The notes below the pieces were generated by a model. The model saw only the letters and a list, made by a program, of their open reading frames with translations. It made no database searches and was not told the DNA's origin. A program made the translations under genes and the position numbers. A stretch of 44,531 bases of DNA from a virus (taxonomy: Duplodnaviria > Heunggongvirae > Uroviricota > Caudoviricetes), in IMG/VR virus record IMGVR_UViG_3300034980_000290; one strand, given 5' to 3'. Positions within the stretch are counted from its first letter, which is position 1, and each line of letters starts with the position of its first letter. This document shows positions 33,078-42,007 of the stretch, one piece after another.

Positions 33078-33119
33078 TCATGCTGTAATCAAATCGTATG
33101 CCAGTGGTAGGAGACCAAC

Positions 33120-33689
33120 ATGGCCTGGGTGGCGACAGTGAGCGGGGCCAGGATCGATTACCCCGATACCGACCCGGAGCAGATCCGGATCGAAGACATA
33201 GCCCATGCGCTGAGCCGCATGCCGCGATGGGCAGGCCACACCACTTTCCCGGTCAGTGTGGCCCAGCACTGCCTGAACTGCTCGGCAGTAGCAGAGCCCA
33301 AGGACCAGCTCGCAGCACTGCTGCACGACGCCAGTGAGGCGTACATCGCCGACCTACCCAAGCCCTTCAAGATGGTGCTCCCAGAGTACAAGGACCTTGA
33401 AGGTGCCATCATCATCGCCCTTGAGAAGAGGTTCGGTCTCACTATCATGACTGAAGGGGTGCATGAAGTGGATGCCCGCATGCTGAAGACAGAGCATGTG
33501 TTGTTCTGCCCCCAGGCCCACATTGATGCGGCCAAAGAAGACCCATACCTCGCTGGGCTGGTGCCCTACGAGCGTGAAGCATTGACCCTCCCTGGTGAGA
33601 CCGGGTGGCGGTTGGCGCGAGCCCTGTACCTTGAGAGGTTCAGGGAGAAGACAGGCGAGGACTTTGACATGGGGTTGCTACCACAATGA
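33120..33689 (+). CDS. HD-domain deoxynucleotide hydrolase (YfbR/DatZ-like)
   Basis: IEDIAHALS...RWAGHT, SVAQH, ALLHDASEAYIADLPKPFK, VDARML. Confidence 0.85.
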   Translation: MAWVATVSGARIDYPDTDPEQIRIEDIAHALSRMPRWAGHTTFPVSVAQHCLNCSAVAEPKDQLAALLHDASEAYIADLPKPFKMVLPEYKDLEGAIIIALEKRFGLTIMTEGVHEVDARMLKTEHVLFCPQAHIDAAKEDPYLAGLVPYEREALTLPGETGWRLARALYLERFREKTGEDFDMGLLPQ

Positions 33690-34819
33690 GCAAGATCAGA
33701 GTGGCACACCTGTTCACTGACGTGCCCAACGGCGGGGCGTCAGGAGCAGACTACGACAACGGCATTTGGGAGCACGTCCTTGGCGTGGAACGGGTGCCAC
33801 TGGAGAAGGGCCTCACCGACGGCCAGATCGGTAAGTGGTGTGAGGTCAACAACATTGATGTCCTCATCGCCACCATGTGGGGAACCTTCGTTGGAGGGTA
33901 CGGCAAGCCTCAGCGTGGCATGCTAACCATCAGGGAAGAGTGCCCAGACCTCAAGATCATCGGGCTGGTGGACGAGCCGCTCATGGTGGACTGGGCGCAC
34001 CGCTACGGCGGCACCGTTGACACCGTGAAGCAGGCACAGGGATACCTGGATGGGTTGGGTGATTTCGATCACATCATGACCATCAGCCGCCACGAGGACA
34101 AGTTCTACTCGCACAAGGGAGTGCCTGCCACGTTCGTGGGCCTCCCCTTCCCTGACAAGACCTACCCCTCCCTGGTGCGCAGCAATCCGAGGCCCGAAAA
34201 GGGCAACCAGATCTGGGTGGGGCTGGGTGTTGGTGGCACCGCCCACACCCGATGGGAGCGCAACTACGGCGTGTCCCTGGCAGCATTCGAGGCAGCGGTG
34301 GAGCTGGTGCGTGCCGAGGACCCAGACACGGCCGACCGCATGCGTGGCATCATGCTCAGTTGGAGCGACAAGTCCAACCAGGAGTTGATGCTGCACATCA
34401 AGGACCGCTACCCCAACGTGATGATCCAGCAGCGCCAGGACATGCAGACCTTCCTGCACTTCCTCCAGAGCTGCGACGCCTGCATCAGCACCATCCTCAG
34501 GGACACCCCGGGCCGACTGGTCGGTGAGTGTGCCTTCTTCGGCGTGCCCCTGTACGGGAGCGACGTGCCCGACATCCAGACCGAATTGTGGGGTAAGGAG
34601 ATGAGCTTCACCCCGTGGGATGTCATGGGGTACGCCCATACCGTGGCCGACCAGATCCTGTGTGGCCACACCAAGGATGAGCAGTGTGCCACGGCACGCC
34701 AGAAGCTCATCGAGTTGTACGGCATGGACCGTAGCAAGGAGAGGTTCAAGGCTATCCTGCGTAGCATGGACCTCAACGACGAGTGGGTTACGCAGGAGGA
34801 CCAAGCGGTACTGGTATGA
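33686..34819 (+). CDS. Glycosyltransferase, GT-B fold (GT4-like)
   Basis: QSCDACIS...PGRLVGECAFFGVPLYGSD resembles the GT4 E-A-x-A-x-G-x-P-x-x-x-S-D motif. Confidence 0.65.
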   Translation: MSKIRVAHLFTDVPNGGASGADYDNGIWEHVLGVERVPLEKGLTDGQIGKWCEVNNIDVLIATMWGTFVGGYGKPQRGMLTIREECPDLKIIGLVDEPLMVDWAHRYGGTVDTVKQAQGYLDGLGDFDHIMTISRHEDKFYSHKGVPATFVGLPFPDKTYPSLVRSNPRPEKGNQIWVGLGVGGTAHTRWERNYGVSLAAFEAAVELVRAEDPDTADRMRGIMLSWSDKSNQELMLHIKDRYPNVMIQQRQDMQTFLHFLQSCDACISTILRDTPGRLVGECAFFGVPLYGSDVPDIQTELWGKEMSFTPWDVMGYAHTVADQILCGHTKDEQCATARQKLIELYGMDRSKERFKAILRSMDLNDEWVTQEDQAVLV

Positions 34820-34962
34820 GCGAAGACGAGGTCAGGCAGATCAGGGACAGGCAGGCGGCTGGTGGAGTCACTCACCAACAGCTTGCCGATGAGTATGGCG
34901 TCAGCCAATCACAGGTGACACGGATCATCAATAGGAGGCGACGGTGCCACCAAAGACACTGA
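34816..34962 (+). CDS. 48-aa helix-turn-helix protein (not in the ORF track)
   Basis: MSEDEVRQIRDRQAAGGVTHQQLADEYGVSQSQVTRIINRR; ATGA-coupled. Confidence 0.65.
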   Translation: MSEDEVRQIRDRQAAGGVTHQQLADEYGVSQSQVTRIINRRRRCHQRH

Positions 34963-35810
34963 TTATCTGCCCCGTCTGGGGGGCGTGGGAGTGGGTGGAG
35001 AAAGCGTTGAAGTCGGTCAGGGAGAATACCCTGCCCGACCATTACGATTTCGCCCTCATTATCAACCCCAACCCCCAGGAGGATGAGGAGCTCCGGGCGC
35101 GTCTTGACGTGGCCACGATTGAGCATGCGTACTACGCCATGGCAGACCTGCTGCCACATGATGACATCGAGGTGTTCTTCATGCCCCAGGCCATCAACAA
35201 GGGGGTGGCACCAAGCTGGAACCTTGGTATCCGTCATGGCATGCGCAGCAAGGAGCAGTTCTATGACAGCTACCTGCTGCTGAACAGTGATGTAGAAGTG
35301 TGGCCGATGTGGCTGGCCAACATGCGACACGTGATGCGCACCAGCCGCAGTCCCAAGGACCCAAGCATCAAGCCCTTCTGCATCCAAACTGAGCTGACTG
35401 AGGGCGGCAACCCGGATCACTTCGAGATCATTGTAGCCCAGCGGAACAGCAGGGCACCACTTGCTCGCCCAGCCCACGGCATCAACGGTCCCTGCTTCAT
35501 GCTGACCCGTGAGTGCATTGATGCGGTGGGCCTCTTTGATGAGCGGTTCATCATCGGGTTCTACGAGGACAGTGACTACCTCATCCGCATGAGGGCACGG
35601 CGCCAGACCCCCATCGTGTCTACCAGAGCGTACGTGCACCACCACCATGCCAAGTCACGCAGCAGTATCCCTCACTGGCACGCGCTCCAAGAGATGAACA
35701 AGAACAGGTTCGAGCGCAAGCATGCAGTGTGCTTGGGCGGCGCCTTCGATGCCAAGAGCTTCCCCACCATCGATCAGCTCAGGCAGCAGTACGGGTACGT
35801 TGTCGGATGA
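34944..35810 (+). CDS. Glycosyltransferase family 2 (WbbL-like)
   Basis: IICPVW, SWNLGI, LLNSDVEV, GPCFMLTRECIDAVGLFDERF, YEDSDY, HHHAKSR. Confidence 0.9.
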   Translation: MPPKTLIICPVWGAWEWVEKALKSVRENTLPDHYDFALIINPNPQEDEELRARLDVATIEHAYYAMADLLPHDDIEVFFMPQAINKGVAPSWNLGIRHGMRSKEQFYDSYLLLNSDVEVWPMWLANMRHVMRTSRSPKDPSIKPFCIQTELTEGGNPDHFEIIVAQRNSRAPLARPAHGINGPCFMLTRECIDAVGLFDERFIIGFYEDSDYLIRMRARRQTPIVSTRAYVHHHHAKSRSSIPHWHALQEMNKNRFERKHAVCLGGAFDAKSFPTIDQLRQQYGYVVG

Positions 35811-36598
35811 GCTACAAGTACGGAGCCCTGGTCAGTATCAGGAATGAGCAACGCTGGATCAAGAAGTGCTTGACCCAGATTTCCTGCACGCCAGTTGAGG
35901 TCATCAGTATCACACGTGGGCTGACCTCCTGGCGCAACGGCTACACGGAGCTGGACAACACCACCAGAGAGATCCGTGATTGGCAGGTTGTGCACAGAGC
36001 CCACCCTCCTGAGATTCTGTACCAGGAGGTGCAGGCACCAGAGAGTGATGAGGCCCAGCGCAACATCTGCCTGCAAGCCCTCAAGGATGTGGGCTGTGAC
36101 TTCGTATTCATCATCGACCCCGATGAGTTCTACCACCAGCAAGACCTGGACACGCTGTTCGCATTCTGTGATCAGCATGGCCCGGAAAAGGTGGGGCAGG
36201 TCCACATCTACGCCCACTCCTACTGGCGTGGCATGCGCTACCGCTGTGGCACGGAACGGTTCGGCCCTGTGATGATGCGGTGTGATGCTGACAGCAAGTT
36301 CCACTACATCCGTGACGTGTGCCAAGACACCCAGCACACCCTTGACATGTTCCTTCACCACATGAGCGCGGTGCACACCGATAAGGAGATGGAGGAGAAG
36401 ATCAAGGGGTGGAGCCACAGCCATGAAGTCCAAGACGGATGGTTGGAGAGGGTGTGGCATGGCTGGAAGAAGGATCGCAGGGTGACCAACCTTCATCCTG
36501 TCAGCCCTGGACTTTGGCCCTGTGTGAAGAAAGTTGATCGAATCGAAATACCGGCCATTTTACATGATCACCCGCTCATGAAGAGAGACACGCTGTGA
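35807..36598 (+). CDS. Glycosyltransferase family 2-like
   Basis: IRNEQRWIKKCL, QRNICL, FIIDPDEFY, LHHMS. Confidence 0.8.
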   Translation: MSYKYGALVSIRNEQRWIKKCLTQISCTPVEVISITRGLTSWRNGYTELDNTTREIRDWQVVHRAHPPEILYQEVQAPESDEAQRNICLQALKDVGCDFVFIIDPDEFYHQQDLDTLFAFCDQHGPEKVGQVHIYAHSYWRGMRYRCGTERFGPVMMRCDADSKFHYIRDVCQDTQHTLDMFLHHMSAVHTDKEMEEKIKGWSHSHEVQDGWLERVWHGWKKDRRVTNLHPVSPGLWPCVKKVDRIEIPAILHDHPLMKRDTL

Positions 36599-37437
36599 AC
36601 CAACCAGAGGTCATCTACCTGTGCGTCAAGCGTGTTGACGACGACGAGCTTGGATTCCGGGTGCACACCGGCCCCACGGTAGATGAGACCCTGCACAGCA
36701 TCCAGACCCTACGCCGATTCCACCCTGACATTCCGGTGTACATCTACACCGACACTCCAAGCCTGTGGAAGTTGGGCATCTGGAAGGGGCTTGACCCCCT
36801 CTACTTCATGCCCATTGGTGTTGAGAGGGGGCAGCCGTTCATGTATCCGCATGAGAACTTCTGGGAGCACAGCAAGTGGCAGATCCCAGACCTGCGGATC
36901 CTGGTGGCCAAGCTGGACACAATGCTGGTCCACCCCGGTGCGTTCTTATTCCTGGACAGTGACACCGAAGTCGTGGCACCGCTGGATGAGATCTTCCAGA
37001 GTGACAGACCGGTCATGCACGCCAGGGAGTACCCACTACAGAACTCAGCCTATGACCGTGCCCTGCACATGATCGACTGGTCCAAGTACGGCATCACACC
37101 TCCGCAGGTGGCAGCCATGGACATGATCAACAGTGGGGTGGTCTGGGTGCCGTGGAAGTATCGCCAGCACCTCTACCGGGTGAAGCGGTGGCTGATCCAA
37201 GAGGCATACACCGAGGTGGGCGGGGACGGTAGCAACAGACTCAAGGAGCAGCTCGGATTGAGCGTGTTCCTGCAAGCGTTGGGTGAAGTGCGTACGTGTG
37301 AGCACCTCATCAACCATCTCTGGTGGCGGCGAAGCGTATCAGGTAAGGAGTGGATGCTTGAGGATTGGCGTTGGTATGAACAGAAGGTATCAATAGCCAA
37401 GAAGCCGCCTGCGGCTGGGACAATAGGTGCATCGTGA
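36595..37437 (+). CDS. GT-A fold glycosyltransferase (GT8 / nucleotide-diphospho-sugar transferase-like)
   Basis: VAKL, FLFLDSDT DxD motif, INSGVV, EQLGLS, HLW. Confidence 0.75.
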   Translation: MNQPEVIYLCVKRVDDDELGFRVHTGPTVDETLHSIQTLRRFHPDIPVYIYTDTPSLWKLGIWKGLDPLYFMPIGVERGQPFMYPHENFWEHSKWQIPDLRILVAKLDTMLVHPGAFLFLDSDTEVVAPLDEIFQSDRPVMHAREYPLQNSAYDRALHMIDWSKYGITPPQVAAMDMINSGVVWVPWKYRQHLYRVKRWLIQEAYTEVGGDGSNRLKEQLGLSVFLQALGEVRTCEHLINHLWWRRSVSGKEWMLEDWRWYEQKVSIAKKPPAAGTIGAS

Positions 37438-38564
37438 AGGTCCTACACGTACTTCATCAGCTTGGCATTGGTGGCACTGAGAAGACCGCTTACCTCATGT
37501 GCCAGTACCTCAACAGCTACGACGATATCGAAGCCGACGTGTACGCATTTGAAGGCGGTATCAGGGCCGGACAGTTTGTGGCGGCTGGCATTGCCACCAA
37601 GGTGGGTCCGGCCCAAGAGCTGGCAGAGTACGTGCAGGAACGTGGCTATGGCATGGTGCACGTACACCGTGGCGGCTGGGCAGAGGAGTGGTTGGACCCC
37701 CTCATTGAAACAGACGTGCCCGTGGTGGAGACGAACATCTTTGGTGATGGCGACCGCTCGGAAGCAGGGGGCCGCATCAAGGCGCACATGTTTGTCAGCG
37801 ACTACATCAAAGCGTGGTATCTCCGCGGCACGGTTGGAGAGCTGAACAATGAGGAGCGACTGCACACAGTATACAACCCCATCGCCCCACCACCCTTCAC
37901 TGATGAACAGATTGAAGGGGTTCGCGCTGACATGCGGCGGCAGCTTGATCTACCTGCCGACGCCCTGGTGGTTGGACGCATTGGTCGTGCTGACAATCAC
38001 CATGGACTGAGCGTCAAGGCATTCAAGCTGCTGTGGTCCAAGGGGGTGAACATCTTCCTGGTGGCCCTGAACCCGACCAGGGAGATGGCAGAGGGGCTCA
38101 GCGGTAACCCGCAGGTGAGGTTGATCCTTGAGCCTGCTGTTTCGCACGAGCAGGTGTGTTCTTTCTATACCATGCTGGACGGGCTGGCGCATGACAGAGT
38201 GGACGGTGAGACCTTCGGGTGCTGTCAAGCAGAGGCCATGAGCTTCGGGCTGCCCACCGTGAGCCACATCAGTCGTAAGTACCAGGGCCATCTGGAGATT
38301 ATGTCAGGGGATGCCCTGATTGCCCGGAGTACTCTCGGTATTGCGCCCGAGCGTATAGGGTTCAAAGGTGGCCGGTACAAGGAGCTTCTCGGCGGCTTCA
38401 TCACTGGCGTACAGGACCACGAAGCCTACGCCGAGTGTATCCTGTCACTGCCGGACAAGGGCATGCAGGATGGTGATAGCATGCGAGAGCTTGTTGATTC
38501 AGTCTTCCACCCGGCTATCATTGCACGGCAGGTCAGGGCCATCTATCGGAGCGTTTCCGAATGA
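37434..38564 (+). CDS. Glycosyltransferase family 4
   Basis: MKVLHVLHQLGIGGTE, VVGRIGR, ETFGCCQAEAMSFGLPTV. Confidence 0.9.
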   Translation: MKVLHVLHQLGIGGTEKTAYLMCQYLNSYDDIEADVYAFEGGIRAGQFVAAGIATKVGPAQELAEYVQERGYGMVHVHRGGWAEEWLDPLIETDVPVVETNIFGDGDRSEAGGRIKAHMFVSDYIKAWYLRGTVGELNNEERLHTVYNPIAPPPFTDEQIEGVRADMRRQLDLPADALVVGRIGRADNHHGLSVKAFKLLWSKGVNIFLVALNPTREMAEGLSGNPQVRLILEPAVSHEQVCSFYTMLDGLAHDRVDGETFGCCQAEAMSFGLPTVSHISRKYQGHLEIMSGDALIARSTLGIAPERIGFKGGRYKELLGGFITGVQDHEAYAECILSLPDKGMQDGDSMRELVDSVFHPAIIARQVRAIYRSVSE

Positions 38565-39247
38565 ACTCCATCATTGTTGTAGGGATCCTGAACCAAAACC
38601 GATTCGACTTGCTTGAGCGGACCATGTTGTCCATCACCAAGGCGCTCGGTGACAAGGCCCTCTACATCATGCACGACAACGGGTCTGACCAGCATACCAT
38701 GGGCCGCATCAGAGCGTGCCAGTGGTACAGGAAGTTCAAGCAGGTGAAGTGGGCCGGAAAGAACATCGGCATCGGCGGAGGCATGAACTCGCTGCGTGCC
38801 ATGGCCCGCAAGCTGGACGCCGCCTACTACATCCACCTGGAAAATGACTGGGAGTGCATGCGCAACGGCGATTGGTTGCAGCACTGCCTGGACATCATGA
38901 CCAACAACCCCCAGATAGGCATCATCAAGCTGCGAAAGCAGGGTGACGGGCAGTACGAGATGTACCCCGAGAATGTCTTGAAGGGTGAGGCCGAGAAGTA
39001 TTCACCCTGGTGGCTATCCCCGCTCCCTGAGTACGTCAAGCGTGGCGAAGGGTTCTGGCACTGCCAAGTTGAGCGAGGGTACACCAACAACCCCACCTTC
39101 CTACGAATGGCGATGGTGGAGGGGTGGGAGATGAAGGATGACGTTCAGGGATACGGACTCGAGGAAGAGGACTGGGAAAGCAGGCCAGCGAACGAGGGGT
39201 GGGAAACCGCCAACCTCTTTGAAGGAGTCTTCCGACATGTCGGGTGA
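38561..39247 (+). CDS. Glycosyltransferase family 2-like
   Basis: HDNGSD, NIGIGGGMN, IHLENDWE, TNNPTFLR. Confidence 0.8.
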   Translation: MNSIIVVGILNQNRFDLLERTMLSITKALGDKALYIMHDNGSDQHTMGRIRACQWYRKFKQVKWAGKNIGIGGGMNSLRAMARKLDAAYYIHLENDWECMRNGDWLQHCLDIMTNNPQIGIIKLRKQGDGQYEMYPENVLKGEAEKYSPWWLSPLPEYVKRGEGFWHCQVERGYTNNPTFLRMAMVEGWEMKDDVQGYGLEEEDWESRPANEGWETANLFEGVFRHVG

Positions 39248-39584
39248 GTCTGATACTGAGTATTTGTTTCGTCGTCATGGTGAGATCTGTGCTGCTGCCC
39301 TTGAGTTGATGGAGGCCAAGAACCACGATTACACCAACGGTCAACAGACCACTGGTGGTGCTTACGCCAACTTCATGCTTACTGAACACCTTGGTCTCGG
39401 TAGCGCAGAGAAAGGCATGGCGATCCGCATGAGTGACAAGATGATTCGCATCTGCACACTCATCAGTAAAGAGGGCAAGGTGAAGGATGAGTCTTTGGAA
39501 GACACCTTGCGTGATATGATCAACTATTCCATCCTTATGCTGACGCTGCGGGAGCGTCGCAACAGCGGTGATCTTCATAGTTAG
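39237..39584 (+). CDS. DUF1599 / nucleotide-modification-associated domain 1 (all-alpha NTP pyrophosphatase-like)
   Basis: KNHDY, IRMSDKMIRI, DESLEDTLRDMINYS. Confidence 0.8.
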   Translation: MSGESDTEYLFRRHGEICAAALELMEAKNHDYTNGQQTTGGAYANFMLTEHLGLGSAEKGMAIRMSDKMIRICTLISKEGKVKDESLEDTLRDMINYSILMLTLRERRNSGDLHS

Positions 39585-39691
39585 GCGAGAGAAAAAACAG
39601 ATAGGGTGATTTCGGTTTCTCGAGCAATCGAGCCTTTTGGCATGAGAACCCTTTCATCAGCAAACAGCGATTTGCGGAAAACGCAGTCTCG

Positions 39692-39710
39692 TGCCCGTTT
39701 TGCCGTATAA
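39692..39710 (+). promoter_or_regulatory. Putative promoter motif TGCC-N9-GTATAA heading the que operon
   Basis: Shared intergenic motif. Confidence 0.5.
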
Positions 39711-39732
39711 CGTGCAACCAAGCAGGTAACCC

Positions 39733-39990
39733 ATGCTGCACCTTGAAGACGTAGAAGCACAACTCGCAACTCTGGTCAAACGGCACGCCAAGTTGCGTAG
39801 CCGCCTCAAACAGAGCATTGACATGCGATCAGCAGCCGTTGAAGACCCGGCAAGCTGCCCACCCCCATCGCTCGAAATCACCCGCCAGCGCATGCAGCAG
39901 GAGGAGTCCATCGAGCAGCAGATGTACGGCATGGCGTTGACCATCAAGACACTGCGATGGGTGCTTGGCGAGGAGGAGAAGCCCATATGA
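39733..39990 (+). CDS. Coiled-coil hypothetical protein
   Basis: 85-aa ORF, ATGA-coupled to queD. Confidence 0.7.
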   Translation: MLHLEDVEAQLATLVKRHAKLRSRLKQSIDMRSAAVEDPASCPPPSLEITRQRMQQEESIEQQMYGMALTIKTLRWVLGEEEKPI

Positions 39991-40427
39991 GGCACTGCAC
40001 GCGCAAGATCGAGTTTGATGCGGGGCACCGGGTGCACGGCCATGAGAGCAAGTGCGCCCGGTTGCACGGTCACCGCTATGTGCTGGAAATCACCGCAGCC
40101 GCCCCTGAGTTGGACGGCATAGGCCGGGTGGTTGACTTCTCGGTGCTCAAGGGTATCCTGGGGCGCTGGGTGGATGAAACCTGGGACCACCGCACCCTAC
40201 TGTGGGAAGATGACGACATCTTGGGCAGCCACACGGATCCGCCGTGGTTTGAGCAGCATGCTGGGTTTGTCCGTGTGCCCTTCAACCCCACCGCCGAGAA
40301 CATGGCGGCGTACCTGCTTGACTTCTTCGGGGACCTGCTCCTCACCGCTGGCGTGGATGTGACCATCACCAAAGTGAGAGTGTACGAGACGCCCAACTGC
40401 TGGGCAGAGAGCGAACTGGCTCAATGA
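39987..40427 (+). CDS. queD: 6-carboxy-5,6,7,8-tetrahydropterin synthase
   Basis: FDAGHRV, KCARLHGHRY, DFSVLK, DH, PTAENMA, VYETP. Confidence 0.95.
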   Translation: MRHCTRKIEFDAGHRVHGHESKCARLHGHRYVLEITAAAPELDGIGRVVDFSVLKGILGRWVDETWDHRTLLWEDDDILGSHTDPPWFEQHAGFVRVPFNPTAENMAAYLLDFFGDLLLTAGVDVTITKVRVYETPNCWAESELAQ

Positions 40428-41203
40428 GCAAACTTGTCATCACAGAAAGCTTCCACGCCGTACAAGGCGAGGGTGTTTGGACCGGCCACCCATCATTCTT
40501 TCTGCGCACGGCTGGCTGTGGTGTCAAGTGCCCCGCTTGTGACACAATCTACTCCTGGAACAAGGAGCGGCCAGACGGTGTCGCCTCCGGCCAGTATATG
40601 GAGATCGACAGCGACGACATCGTTATGCAGATCGTGGAAAGCGGCCTTCGTTTTGTCGTTGTCACAGGCGGTGAGCCCGCCGAGCAGGCCGCCGAACTGC
40701 TGGATGTTGTTCAGCACTCACAGATGGTTCGGCGCTGGTTCACGATTGAGACCAGTGGCAACGTGGCCTTCGACCCAACGCCCTACCACCTCCTGAGCTG
40801 CTCACCCAAGATGAGCGGGATGATGCGCCGACAGGTGGGCAACGAGCGGTACACCGGCCATTTGCCGCAGATGATCCATGCCATGCTGGCGGCTGGCAAA
40901 CTTGTTCAACTCAAGTACGTCATCACCAACGAACAGGACTTCTTGGACGCCAAGAATCTCACATGGGCTGTGGTGCCGCAAGATTGCCGCAGGAACGTGA
41001 ATGTCCTGTTCCAGCCGAACAATGCGCCGTTCGTGGAAGCAGCGCGTGAACAAGAGCTTGCTGATTACTGCGCTAACCTGCGCCAGCTTACGGAAGCGTT
41101 CACCACCGACGTAAAGAAGGGTGGCATGTGGGAACACTTCCCGCTTGTCAGGCTCCAGGTGCAGCAGCACTGGCTATCCCACGGCAGGGAGAAGGGCACA
41201 TGA
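40424..41203 (+). CDS. queE: 7-carboxy-7-deazaguanine synthase (radical SAM)
   Basis: ESFHAVQGEG, FLRTAGCGVKCPACDT, VTGGEP, IETSG, CSPK. Confidence 0.93.
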   Translation: MSKLVITESFHAVQGEGVWTGHPSFFLRTAGCGVKCPACDTIYSWNKERPDGVASGQYMEIDSDDIVMQIVESGLRFVVVTGGEPAEQAAELLDVVQHSQMVRRWFTIETSGNVAFDPTPYHLLSCSPKMSGMMRRQVGNERYTGHLPQMIHAMLAAGKLVQLKYVITNEQDFLDAKNLTWAVVPQDCRRNVNVLFQPNNAPFVEAAREQELADYCANLRQLTEAFTTDVKKGGMWEHFPLVRLQVQQHWLSHGREKGT

Positions 41204-41796
41204 GATCAATGATCAAGGAGGTGCGGCCAGGGCTGCGCCTTCACCAATACTGGGGAATCACACCTGTGACCGAAAAAGAGTTTGATTTTCACACATTCTC
41301 GCAGCGGCACGCGGTGTGGATCAACCACAACTTCCCCACCACCACCCCATGGGAACAGGTGACTGGTGTGATGGAGGAAGCCGGGGAGTTGGCCCACGCC
41401 ATCCTGAAGCGCCAGCAGGGCATCAGGGGTACCAAGGAGGCGTTGGAAGCTGAGATGCAGGACGCCATTGGCGACCTGCTCATTTACTCCAACGGCGTCT
41501 GCCGCTTGCAGGCATGGCCCGCTGGCCACATCATCTTGGACACCATTGAGGCGTTCACACCCAAGGGGTTCGACATCCCCCGCATCCTGGCACGCATCAA
41601 CCACTCCCAGTCGGAGTTGATGATCAACCACGTGGGCAACAGCCTGAGCACGTGCCAGAAGGCAGTCCAAGAGCTGGTGCACTGGCTGTGTGAGCTGTGC
41701 CACTTGGAAGGTTGGAACATCATCGAGATCTTGGCCACGACGTGGCACGGGGTCGTTGAGAAGCGAGACTGGAGGGAGAGGCCCAATGGCGGATGA
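41200..41796 (+). CDS. MazG-like nucleotide pyrophosphohydrolase
   Basis: EEAGELAHAILK...DAIGDLLIY, plus a second degenerate helical repeat ending VEKRDW. Confidence 0.8.
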   Translation: MRSMIKEVRPGLRLHQYWGITPVTEKEFDFHTFSQRHAVWINHNFPTTTPWEQVTGVMEEAGELAHAILKRQQGIRGTKEALEAEMQDAIGDLLIYSNGVCRLQAWPAGHIILDTIEAFTPKGFDIPRILARINHSQSELMINHVGNSLSTCQKAVQELVHWLCELCHLEGWNIIEILATTWHGVVEKRDWRERPNGG

Positions 41797-42007
41797 TGAA
41801 GTCCCGGACGGCATGCCTAATACTGGCGGCATGGCCGAGCAGATGGCGAACATCAAGTCCATGACGGCTCAGTTCGAGCTCTGGGCAGAGACCAGTGCTT
41901 ACTTCGCCAAGCTGACCAAGGTTCGTTTCGATCAATACATCGAAGTGGGCTTCACTAAAGAACAAGCCTTGGAGATCATCAAGGCCAGAGGGGTATCATT
42001 CGGATGA
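41786..42007 (+). CDS. Small phage hypothetical protein
   Basis: 73 aa with YIEVGFTKEQALEI; GGAG RBS. Confidence 0.7.
   Translation: MADDEVPDGMPNTGGMAEQMANIKSMTAQFELWAETSAYFAKLTKVRFDQYIEVGFTKEQALEIIKARGVSFG

Noticed and set aside
32729-33080. tmRNA, RNase P RNA or SRP RNA
   Set aside because: No GGGGC 5' end or G3-U70 alanyl stem, no plausible tag peptide, no GAGGAAAGUC or SRP helix-8 motif.
33120-33689. Z-genome (2-aminoadenine) system suggested by the DatZ-like HD and MazG-like genes
   Set aside because: No PurZ/PurA homologue or family A DpoZ in the window; these hydrolase families are widespread.
39556-39602. preQ1-I riboswitch upstream of the que operon (GAAAAAACAG tail)
   Set aside because: The only stem is 4 bp with a 24-nt loop, and the element lies upstream of the predicted promoter.
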